Assembly (NCBI GenBank): GCA_963841435.1
Contig: CAWJCS010000003.1
Coordinates: 416,001-480,000, forward strand
Direction: 5' to 3'
Length of the DNA stretch: 64,000 nucleotides
Origin: an uncultured delta proteobacterium
GTDB taxonomy: Bacteria; Myxococcota_A; Polyangia; Polyangiales; Polyangiaceae
A program made the translations under genes and the position numbers. Position 1 is the stretch's first letter, and every line of letters begins with the position of its first letter. This document shows, one piece after another, positions 56,185 through 64,000 of the stretch. Under the pieces are notes generated by a model that saw only the letters and a program-made list of their open reading frames with translations, was not told where the DNA came from and did not search any database.

Positions 56185-56844
56185 TCACAGAATGACGATT
56201 CGAAGGCGCGAGCGGGCGTTCTGGTAGTACGCAGCGAGCGCCGCCTGCAAGCGCGTAGAAACGTACCAGCGCCGGAGGCCCGGCAGGATGGTCTCGAAGG
56301 GTGCGTCGCGAAACGGCGTGCGCTCGTTGCGGTAAAGGGCGCGCAGCTCGGCGTCGCTCGGCGAGAGCATGGGCGACACCATGCGGTCGAGGTAGAGGCT
56401 CGCGCGCGCCTGCCGTTGCCAGAGCACGGCGAGCTCGCGGCGGCTCACGCCTTCGGCTGCCGCCGCCTCGTCGAGCCGCTCGACGCCGCCGCAGCGCTCT
56501 TCCATCAACCGGCGCGCCGCGGCACTCTGCGCAACGAGCTCGGCCGCCGTGGGCTCGGGATCGATGCGCAACCCTGCGAGCAGCGTCTCCGCGACGTGCC
56601 GCTCGAGCGCCGCGGAAACGTGGCGCTCGCGGTAGGCGGCGCCCACGCGATCGGGATCGGCGAGCGCCTCGACGCGCGCTTCGAAAGCGAGCACGCGGCC
56701 GAGCACGAAGTGTGGCGAGCGCGTCCCACCGAGCTCGGGCGCACTGAACCGCGCGACGGCGCGATCCACGATCGTCGGCTCTGCGCGCGCCGGCAAGGCC
56801 GAAAGCGCGAGCGCGCAGGCCAAAAGTAGCCCCCGCGCCCGCAC
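56185..56844 (-). CDS. Exported hypothetical protein (SurA N-domain-like)
   Basis: Signal peptide, IVDRAVARF, PSDAELRALY...PFE. Helical. Confidence 0.6.
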   Translation of the reverse strand: MRARGLLLACALALSALPARAEPTIVDRAVARFSAPELGGTRSPHFVLGRVLAFEARVEALADPDRVGAAYRERHVSAALERHVAETLLAGLRIDPEPTAAELVAQSAAARRLMEERCGGVERLDEAAAAEGVSRRELAVLWQRQARASLYLDRMVSPMLSPSDAELRALYRNERTPFRDAPFETILPGLRRWYVSTRLQAALAAYYQNARSRLRIVIL

Positions 56845-56847
56845 GCC

Positions 56848-57624
56848 CTAACCTCCGCGCGTGGCCGTTCGCTGCTGCGACGAGGGCGGCTCGAAGTCCA
56901 CGGCGCTGTCCTCGGGCGGCGGAGGAGCGGCAACGGGACCCGGGGCCCTTTGCTGGGCCTCGGTGCGAGCCAGCGTCTTGGCGGCGCGACGCGCGCGCAC
57001 GAACTCGGCGAACGTGAGCACCTTGTCGAGGTCCCGGCTGCCGAGCCCTTCGACGATCTCGTCGAGCTGCTTCCTGATCGTTTCCAGCGTGCGACCTCGT
57101 CGGGCGCCGAGCGCCTCGGTAGGAATCGGATTCTGCGGGCGCGACGCGGGCTCGGGCTGCCGGATCGGGCGCTGGATGGGCCGCAGCGCGTTGGCGGCGA
57201 GCCAGGCCTCCATGAACACCCTGAGCCGCTCGCTCCGAAACGCAAACCATCGTTCGCGCTCGGTCGTGAACGCGATCAGCACGTCCTTGAAACGGCGAAA
57301 GGCGCCCTTGCCGTCGATGGCCTGCGAAAGCTGACCGCGGAGCCCAGTGTCGTCGACCATGGGAATGAAGCGCTCCATCCAGCGGTACTGCTCGCGCGAG
57401 CTCACGGGCTCGATGCGCAGATAGCCCGGGTCCGAAGCGATGCGCGCATGCATCTCCGGATCGGCGAGCCCGTCAACCACCCGCAGCACTTCCCCCGAGA
57501 CGACGTGTAGGTAGCTGTGAACCTCGGGCGCGTTGTTCTCGAAGGCGTCTTCGAGCGCTTCCCAGTCCACGGGCACGTCCCGAATCGTCTGGCCCGCCCC
57601 CGCGCGTTGTTCCAGATCTGACAT
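56848..57624 (-). CDS. UPF0158 family protein
   Basis: VDWEALEDAFE, YLRIEPVSSREQYRWMERFI, AIDGKGAFRRFKDVL...RERWFAFR. Confidence 0.88.
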   Translation of the reverse strand: MSDLEQRAGAGQTIRDVPVDWEALEDAFENNAPEVHSYLHVVSGEVLRVVDGLADPEMHARIASDPGYLRIEPVSSREQYRWMERFIPMVDDTGLRGQLSQAIDGKGAFRRFKDVLIAFTTERERWFAFRSERLRVFMEAWLAANALRPIQRPIRQPEPASRPQNPIPTEALGARRGRTLETIRKQLDEIVEGLGSRDLDKVLTFAEFVRARRAAKTLARTEAQQRAPGPVAAPPPPEDSAVDFEPPSSQQRTATRGG

Positions 57625-57654
57625 GTTCCTCTAAGAGCCGTTGGTTCGAATATC

Positions 57655-59163
57655 CTACCCCGTTTTCTTGGAACGCGCCCGCGCGACGGCTTGTTCCCAG
57701 CCCGTCCTCGCGAAGCTCCGCGCCGCAGGGTCGATCCTGGGACGAAAGTCGCGTTCGAGTGGTGAAAACGACGAAACGTCCGCCAGGGTGCGAAACAGTC
57801 CGGCGCCGACGCCCGCGAGCATGGCGGCCCCGCGCGCCGTGGACTCGAGCTCCGTCGGCCGCTCGACCGAAAGCGCAGAAAAATCGCTCTGGAGCTCTAG
57901 CAATAGGTCATTTTGCGCGGCCCCTCCGTCGACGCGCATGCGCCTGAGCGGCGCGCCGAGATCGCGACTCATGGCGCGGAGCACGTCGTCGACCTGTAGG
58001 GCGATCGCCTCGAGTGTCGCGCGGGCGATGTGCGCCTTGGTGGTTCCGCGTGTGATGCCGCAAATCAGCCCCCGCGCACCAGCGTCCCAGTAGGGCGCCC
58101 CGAGGCCTGCGAGCGCGGGCACGAACGACACGCCTTCCGACGAGGGCACGCTGCGGGCAAGCGCCTCGATCTCCGGAGCGGCGCCGATGATGCCGAGTCC
58201 GTCCCGCAGCCATTGCACGGCAGCCCCCGCGATGAACACGCTGCCCTCGAGCGCATAAGTCACCTCATTGCCGATCTGCCACGCCACGGTCGACACCAGA
58301 CCCTCGCGGCTCGGCCGCGGCGCCTGCCCGGTGTTCACGAGCACGAACGCCCCGGTGCCATAGGTGCATTTGCTGTCACCCGGCTCGAAACACGCCTGCC
58401 CGAACAGCGCGGCGTGCTGATCGCCTGCGATACCGGCGATCGGCACCCCGTCGGGCAGCCCCGGCACGCCCTGTGTCGTTGCGACCCGCGCGGCGCTCGG
58501 GACGATGCGCGGTAGCACGGCCTCGGGCACCCCGAGGAGCTGGCAAAGCTCGGGGTCCCAGCGGCAGCCCGCGAGGTTCATGAGCAGCGTGCGGGACGCG
58601 TTCGTTACGTCGGTGACGTGCGGCGCGGCGGCGCTCGCGCCGCCGGCGAGTCGAAACACTAGGTACGAATCGACCGTGCCGAACATGAGCTCGCCGGCCT
58701 GGGCGCGCGCTCGCGCGTTCGGTACTTCGTCGAGCAGCCAAGCCAGCTTGGTGCCCGCAAAGTACGGGTCGATGACCAGGCCCGTGAGCTCACGCACGCG
58801 GGGCTCGTGCCCGGCGTCGCGCAGGGCGCTGCAGCGGTCGTCGGTGCGCCGGTCCTGCCAGACGATCGCGCGGTGGACGGGCACCCCGCTCGCCCGGTCC
58901 CAGAGCAGGGTCGTCTCGCGCTGATTGGTGATCCCGACCGCCGCAATGGCGTCGCCCCGGAGGCCCGCCGCCCCCAGGGCTCGGCCCACCGCCCCAACCA
59001 CGCTCTGCCAGATCTCCTCCGGATCGTGCTCGACCCACCCCGGCTGGGGAAAATGCTGCGGGAACTCCAAGGTGGCGCGCCCGAGGGTGCGGCCGTCCGT
59101 GGCAAGAACGAGGGCCGTGGAGCCCGTCGTCCCCTGATCGATCGCGAGAAGGTGCCCGGCCAT
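57655..59163 (-). CDS. glpK: Glycerol kinase
   Basis: AIDQGTTGS, PQPGWVEHDPEEIW, GITNQRET, TDVTNASRTLL, AGDQHAALFGQ, KCTYGTG, VDGG. Confidence 0.97.
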   Translation of the reverse strand: MAGHLLAIDQGTTGSTALVLATDGRTLGRATLEFPQHFPQPGWVEHDPEEIWQSVVGAVGRALGAAGLRGDAIAAVGITNQRETTLLWDRASGVPVHRAIVWQDRRTDDRCSALRDAGHEPRVRELTGLVIDPYFAGTKLAWLLDEVPNARARAQAGELMFGTVDSYLVFRLAGGASAAAPHVTDVTNASRTLLMNLAGCRWDPELCQLLGVPEAVLPRIVPSAARVATTQGVPGLPDGVPIAGIAGDQHAALFGQACFEPGDSKCTYGTGAFVLVNTGQAPRPSREGLVSTVAWQIGNEVTYALEGSVFIAGAAVQWLRDGLGIIGAAPEIEALARSVPSSEGVSFVPALAGLGAPYWDAGARGLICGITRGTTKAHIARATLEAIALQVDDVLRAMSRDLGAPLRRMRVDGGAAQNDLLLELQSDFSALSVERPTELESTARGAAMLAGVGAGLFRTLADVSSFSPLERDFRPRIDPAARSFARTGWEQAVARARSKKTG

Positions 59164-59243
59164 GTCGAGATCCTAGCGGAACCGAGCCCGCGAGAGGCCC
59201 CCTTGTGGCGTGCGGCGAGCACGGGTACCCTCTTTTTTGGCCC

Positions 59244-61061
59244 ATGGCGCGCCTCTTGCTCGTCTCACCGGACGGCCAGCAGGTGGTCGACCTCAGGGAT
59301 TTCAACTCCCTGGGCCGGCACCCGAGCAACACCATCCAGCTCCTGGACAAGATCGTGTCCAAGGAGCACTGCATCGTCGAGCGGCGCGGGCCGAGCTACG
59401 TGCTGCGCGATCTCGGTAGCCTCAACGGCACCTACGTGAACGGCGAGCGCGTCAACGGCGAGCGCGAGCTGCGTCACGGCGACGACCTCGCGCTCGGCGG
59501 CACGCGCGGCCGCTACGACGACGGCTCGGGCCGGCCGATGCCGACGCCGCAGGTGCAACCGCATCAGTTCACGCAGCCCGTGCAGCAGATGGGCTGGCAG
59601 CCGCAACCTCAGAGCCTCGGTCAGCCGCCCTACGGCGTGCCGTCCGGTCCCGCGACGGGACCGTTCACGCCCGCGGCGCCCGCGACACCCGCGGCGCCGC
59701 GCTCCCCCTACCCGCCGGGTCCTCCCGCACAAGTCACGGCACCCGTGCCCATGGCCGCGGGGACGCGCGTCGACGTGAACGACAAGGCGCGCGCGATCGG
59801 CACGCAAATCGCGGCGATCCAGAAGGGATTCCTCCCCTACGATCAGCTCGCGCAAAACCCCCCGCAGCTCGCGCAGGACTACGAACGGCTGCGACTGTCG
59901 CACGAGCTTTCGCGCGAAATCGCCCTCGAGCGCGATCTACCCACCCTTCTCACGAAGATCCTGCTGACGATCTTCAAGTTCGTGCGCGCCGATCGCGGCG
60001 TGATCTTCCTCATGGATTCCAAGGGGGAGCTCGTGCCGAGCGCGAGCCAGCGTCGCGACGGCACCGATTCGCCGATTCAGGTGTCGTCCACGATCATGAG
60101 CCACGTGATCAAGGAGCGCGCGAGCGTGTTGACCCACGACGCGGCCATGGATTTCGCCGCGTCCAAGGGGCGCAGCATGATCCTGAACCGCATCGGCTCG
60201 GCCATCGTGGCGCCGCTTTTACACAACGACGAGATCCTCGGGGTGTTGTGGCTCGACAGCGAGACGCTCGCCCAGTTTCAGCCCAAGGACATCGAGATCG
60301 TCACGGCCATCGCCGCGCAGGCCGCGATGTTCATCGAGATCACCATCCTCGGTAAGAAGATCGAGCAGGAGATCGTCAACCGCGAGCGCTTCAGCCGGCT
60401 CCTGTCGCCGAACGTCGCCAAGCGCGTGCTCTCCGGCGAGCTCGAGGTGAAGAAGGGCGGCGAGCTCGTCGAAGAGTGCACGGTGTTCAATTCGGACATC
60501 CGAGGCTTCACTCGCATGGCCGAGAGCGCTCACCCGGCCGTCGTCGTCGACATGATGAACGAGTACTTCGAGCTCATGGTCGAGACGCTATTCAAGTACG
60601 AGGGCACGCTCGACAAGTTCATGGGCGACGGCATCATGGCGCTCTGGGGTGCACCGGTGCTGCATCCGGACGACGCGCTGCGGAGCGTCTCGTGCGCACT
60701 CGAACAGATGGATGTGCTCGCGCGCTTCAATCGCAAGCGCATTGAGGAGGGGCATCCCCCGCTCGCCATCGGCATCGGCATCCACACGGGCCCGCTCGTG
60801 GCCGGGTACATCGGCAGCTCCAAGGCGCTCTCCTACACGGTGATCGGCGACACCGCGAACACCAGCGCACGCGTCTGCGGCATCGCCGCGGCCGGCCAGG
60901 TGCTCATCAGCGAAGCCACGCTCGCCAAGGTCGAAAGCAAGATCGAGTGCGACGAGCTTCCGCCCGCGAACCTCAAGGGCAAGGAGAAGCCGTTCCGTAT
61001 CTTCAACGTCAAGCGGCTCGTGCCGAGCGTTCAGGTGCCCGCGAGCATCACGCCCAGCTGA
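59244..61061 (+). CDS. FHA-GAF-class III adenylate cyclase
   Basis: FHA (LGR, VSKEH, DLGSLNGT), GAF domain, and cyclase motifs SDIRGFT, DKFMGDG (Lys, ATP-specifying), YTVIGDTANTSAR. Confidence 0.92.
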   Translation: MARLLLVSPDGQQVVDLRDFNSLGRHPSNTIQLLDKIVSKEHCIVERRGPSYVLRDLGSLNGTYVNGERVNGERELRHGDDLALGGTRGRYDDGSGRPMPTPQVQPHQFTQPVQQMGWQPQPQSLGQPPYGVPSGPATGPFTPAAPATPAAPRSPYPPGPPAQVTAPVPMAAGTRVDVNDKARAIGTQIAAIQKGFLPYDQLAQNPPQLAQDYERLRLSHELSREIALERDLPTLLTKILLTIFKFVRADRGVIFLMDSKGELVPSASQRRDGTDSPIQVSSTIMSHVIKERASVLTHDAAMDFAASKGRSMILNRIGSAIVAPLLHNDEILGVLWLDSETLAQFQPKDIEIVTAIAAQAAMFIEITILGKKIEQEIVNRERFSRLLSPNVAKRVLSGELEVKKGGELVEECTVFNSDIRGFTRMAESAHPAVVVDMMNEYFELMVETLFKYEGTLDKFMGDGIMALWGAPVLHPDDALRSVSCALEQMDVLARFNRKRIEEGHPPLAIGIGIHTGPLVAGYIGSSKALSYTVIGDTANTSARVCGIAAAGQVLISEATLAKVESKIECDELPPANLKGKEKPFRIFNVKRLVPSVQVPASITPS

Positions 61062-61217
61062 TCGTTCGTGAAGTCGCCGCTGGTCTGACCACGCACCGCT
61101 CGAGCCGAACGGCAGCGTAACCGCGACGGCGCGAACCCGAGTACGCGCCGAGACGGCGCAGTGCGTCACTCGGCGACGCTCGACTTCGGCTCTGAATTCG
61201 ACAAGATCCGCCGCAAA

Positions 61218-62171
61218 ATGGCAGCGCACGTTCTGGCGTTCGAGCGCCCCGTCGTCGAGCTCGTCACGCGCGTGCGCGAGCTCCGAGCGCTCGCGGCGAC
61301 GGACGAGCGCTTCGCGCCCGAGCTCGAACGGCTCGAGGAGAAGGCGGCGGGCCTCGCGCGCAGGGTGTTCGCAAACCTCTCGCCGATGCAGAAGGTGCAG
61401 CTCTCGCGCCACCCTAATCGCCCCTACACCGCTGACTACGTGACGCGACTGTTCAAGGATTTCGTCGAGCTGCGGGGCGACCGCCGCTACTCGAACGATG
61501 CCTCGGTCCTCGCGGGGATCGGGCGCTTCCACGGCCGCAGCGTCGCCATCGTCGGTCACCAGAAGGGCCGCTCCACGAAGGAGAACGTGCAGAGAAACTT
61601 CGGGATGCCCCACCCCGAGGGCTACCGGAAGGCCATGCGGCTCTACCAGCTCGCGAATCGCTTCGATCTGCCGGTGCTCACCTTCATCGACACGCCGGGC
61701 GCATTTCCCGGCATCGGCGCCGAGGAGCGCGGCCAGAGCGAGGCCATCGCCGCCGCGATCGAGGTCATGGCTGGTCTCGGCGTCCCCGTGATCACCACGG
61801 TCATCGGCGAGGGAGGCTCGGGTGGCGCCCTGGCGCTCGGCGTCGGCAACCGCGTGCTCGTGCTCGAATTCGGCTACTACTCCGTGATCACCCCCGAGGG
61901 TTGCGCGGCCATCCTATGGAAGGGTGCCGAAAACGCGCCCGAAGCCGCGGCCCGCTTGCGGATCACCGCGCCCAATCTGCTCGAGCTCGGCATCGTCGAC
62001 GTCATCGTCGACGAGCCCCCGGGAGGCGCCCACCAGGATCACGACGCTGCCGCGCGCCTGCTCGACCAGGCGCTCTTCGGCCAGCTCTCGGCGCTGTCGC
62101 ATCTCGGTCCCGACGACCTACGCGACGACCGCTACCAGCGCTTCCGGCGCCTCGGCGCCTTCGTCGCCTGA
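61218..62171 (+). CDS. accA: Acetyl-CoA carboxylase carboxyltransferase alpha subunit
   Basis: LAFERPV, SRHPNRPY, ELRGDR, RNFGMPHPEGYRKA, FIDTPGA, GEGGSGGAL, YSVITPEGCAAILW. Confidence 0.97.
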   Translation: MAAHVLAFERPVVELVTRVRELRALAATDERFAPELERLEEKAAGLARRVFANLSPMQKVQLSRHPNRPYTADYVTRLFKDFVELRGDRRYSNDASVLAGIGRFHGRSVAIVGHQKGRSTKENVQRNFGMPHPEGYRKAMRLYQLANRFDLPVLTFIDTPGAFPGIGAEERGQSEAIAAAIEVMAGLGVPVITTVIGEGGSGGALALGVGNRVLVLEFGYYSVITPEGCAAILWKGAENAPEAAARLRITAPNLLELGIVDVIVDEPPGGAHQDHDAAARLLDQALFGQLSALSHLGPDDLRDDRYQRFRRLGAFVA

Positions 62172-62173
62172 CG

Positions 62174-62635
62174 TCAGATCGAGTAGCGCGCGGGGAACGG
62201 CGTCTCGGGCTGGAGCGAGCGGCTGCGCTCGGCCATGTCGGCGAGCGTCGTCGCCTCGAGCGCGCCGAGGCTCGCGGCGTGCGCGTCCTTGAGCACGATG
62301 CGCACCGCGCAGGTCGCCTCGTCGCGACAACCTTCGCAGCGCCGATACGCCGTCCGGCTCAGGCACGGCACCGGAGCGATGGGCCCATCCACCACACGCA
62401 GCACGGCTGCCACGGTGATCGTCTCGGCGGGCCGCGCGAGCAAGTACCCGCCGCCTCGCCCCTTGCGGCTGCGCAGCATCCCGTGCTGCTTGAGCTCGGC
62501 GAGGATGGCCTCCAAAAACTTCTTGGGGATGTCTTCCCGCTCCGCAATGTCGGCGATCAAGAGCGGCTCCCCGGGCGGGGCCAAGGCCAAGCGGGCGAGT
62601 GCCTTGAGCGCGTACTTCGCCTTCATCGTGATCAA
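62174..62635 (-). CDS. Rrf2 family transcriptional regulator with Cys cluster
   Basis: KAKYALKAL, IADIAEREDIPKKFLEAIL, SRKGRGGGYLL, PCLSRTAYRRCEGCRDEATC. Confidence 0.93.
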   Translation of the reverse strand: MITMKAKYALKALARLALAPPGEPLLIADIAEREDIPKKFLEAILAELKQHGMLRSRKGRGGGYLLARPAETITVAAVLRVVDGPIAPVPCLSRTAYRRCEGCRDEATCAVRIVLKDAHAASLGALEATTLADMAERSRSLQPETPFPARYSI

Positions 62636-62826
62636 AGCTCCACGAGTCTAGCGAGGGCGGCGAGCGCAAGCGATACGGTAGCGGAGCCCGCGCCGACGAG
62701 CCCGGGAGTCCAGAGCGAGGAAATAACTGAAATTGTTGATGATTTTGGTGTCCCCGAGACACCGTGGGCCCCCAAGCCGCCTTACGAGCGTCCCGCACCC
62801 GCGCCCGAAAGGGACCGGGTCGCTCC

Positions 62827-64000
62827 TCAGAGGCCGTAGTCGCGCACGGGCCGGCGAGCCTTTCCCGCCGCGCGGCCAGCAGCATCGCGGGAGACGGCAC
62901 CTGACGAACGCTCGCCACGACGGACGGCTGGCCGCCGCGCGGGCTGCGCGCCATCGACGACCGGCTCCGCGCGGCTCGTTGCCGCGTCCAGCACATCGCG
63001 CCCCTGGAGGCTCGGGACGAGACGCCCCTGGGCGAGCAGCCTTTTGCCCGTGGGGCTGAGCACGAACCGCAACCAGGAGCGCGCGAGATCGCGAGGAGCC
63101 CCCACGGTGTAGGCGTAGAGGGGGCGAACCGCTCCGTAGCTTCCGTCTTGAACCGTCATCGCACTCGGGAGGACGGGCATGTCATGCGGGCCGCGCGCGA
63201 GCGGGACAATCTTCACGCCCGCTGCCGCAAAGCCGAGCCCAACGCTGCCCACGGCGAGCGGATCGTCCCTGACGCGAGCCACGACCTCCTCGAATCCCAA
63301 CGCTTCGCTTCCTTCGTCTTCCGAGCCGTCGCTCCACTGCAGGGGACGCACGGGACCGTGGCCGGCGCCGAGCGTCGACCAGTCATGCGTCGTCCGGTCG
63401 AAGAGCCCCGTCGCTTGCGCGACGGTTAGCGAGCGCAGAGGGTTCTTCTGATGGACGACGATCACGGCGGTGTCGAAGCCGAAGACGAGCTCGGTGAGCG
63501 TGACGCCGAGACGCCTCGCGACGTCGCGCTCTTCGGTCGTCAGCGGGCGCGTCGCCGTCGCAAGATCCGCAGAACCAGCCAGCATCATCGCGATGGCTTC
63601 GGTGGACGTCTGCGGGGCGAGTCGAAGCTCGGCGCCCGTTTCCGCTTCGAACCTACTACGCAGCTCACGGGACAGCGCTTCTAGGATCACGGGCGGACCG
63701 GCGAGCCGAAAGCCGGCTCGAGCTCGCGGCGCCCCGAAGCTCATGGGGTACGTGAGCGAAGCCGCCGTCGGGACACCACCGCGCATTGCCGGGCGGAACT
63801 TCAGCGAGCGCGCGGCGGTGAGCGCCGCATCTTCGTACGTCCGGAGCTCCGAGCGTGGTCGCGCGACGGTTGCTCGCGCCACGCTGCCGTCCGCGCCAAT
63901 GAAGAGCGTCAGCAAAATGGTGGGGATCAACCCCACGGGATCGTCGGGGAGGTTCGGGATCACGGCCTCCTTTAGCGACGGCGGGGAGTCGACTGGCTCT
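62827..64000 (-). CDS. TonB C-terminal domain fused to PstS-like periplasmic binding domain (5' end outside window)
   Basis: Frame open to the window edge. PPSLKEAVIP...LFIGADGSV...EDAALTAARSLKFRPAMRGG.P (TonB-C), then GSADLATATRPL...VIVVHQKNPLRSLT...DWSTLG...GSYGAVRPLYAY...FVLSPTG (PstS-like). Confidence 0.75.
   Translation of the reverse strand, partial: EPVDSPPSLKEAVIPNLPDDPVGLIPTILLTLFIGADGSVARATVARPRSELRTYEDAALTAARSLKFRPAMRGGVPTAASLTYPMSFGAPRARAGFRLAGPPVILEALSRELRSRFEAETGAELRLAPQTSTEAIAMMLAGSADLATATRPLTTEERDVARRLGVTLTELVFGFDTAVIVVHQKNPLRSLTVAQATGLFDRTTHDWSTLGAGHGPVRPLQWSDGSEDEGSEALGFEEVVARVRDDPLAVGSVGLGFAAAGVKIVPLARGPHDMPVLPSAMTVQDGSYGAVRPLYAYTVGAPRDLARSWLRFVLSPTGKRLLAQGRLVPSLQGRDVLDAATSRAEPVVDGAQPARRPAVRRGERSSGAVSRDAAGRAAGKARRPVRDYGL

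Noticed and set aside
1-64000. Transposases, integrases, prophage genes, rRNA or complete tRNA genes, defence systems
   Set aside because: No recognisable motifs found by eye. Very short or divergent elements could have been missed.

Overview
GC-rich window with a myxobacterial (Polyangiaceae/Sorangium-like) gene repertoire: a MYXO-CTERM protein, an FHA-sigma54 activator/Ser-Thr kinase module, a DUF1592-DUF1552 pair and many Gly-rich lipoproteins. From left to right it holds a ureDABCEFG urease operon (ureB has an in-frame TGA), a short chlorite-dismutase-family gene, secreted and lipoprotein genes, a V4R-PAS hybrid kinase and a recA paralogue with a sigma54-type promoter. Next comes a signalling plus surface carbohydrate-uptake-like cluster: FHA-EBP, STK, TPR/PEGA protein and two paralogous lipoproteins flanking a LamB-like beta-barrel. 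Further right are an OprO/P porin, an NtrC-type regulator, a namZ-like gene and an M24B peptidase. These are followed by a three-gene MNIO (DUF692) RiPP cluster whose Cys-rich precursor is a predicted lipoprotein. The window ends with folP-cdaA-cdaR, a CDF transporter, glpK, an FHA-GAF adenylate cyclase, accA, an Rrf2 regulator and a TonB-C/PstS-like fusion running off the right edge. Five single-base frameshifts, mostly in short homopolymers, suggest residual assembly errors. No CRISPR array, rRNA, full tRNA or transposase was recognised. All family assignments come from motif recognition by eye, not database searches.
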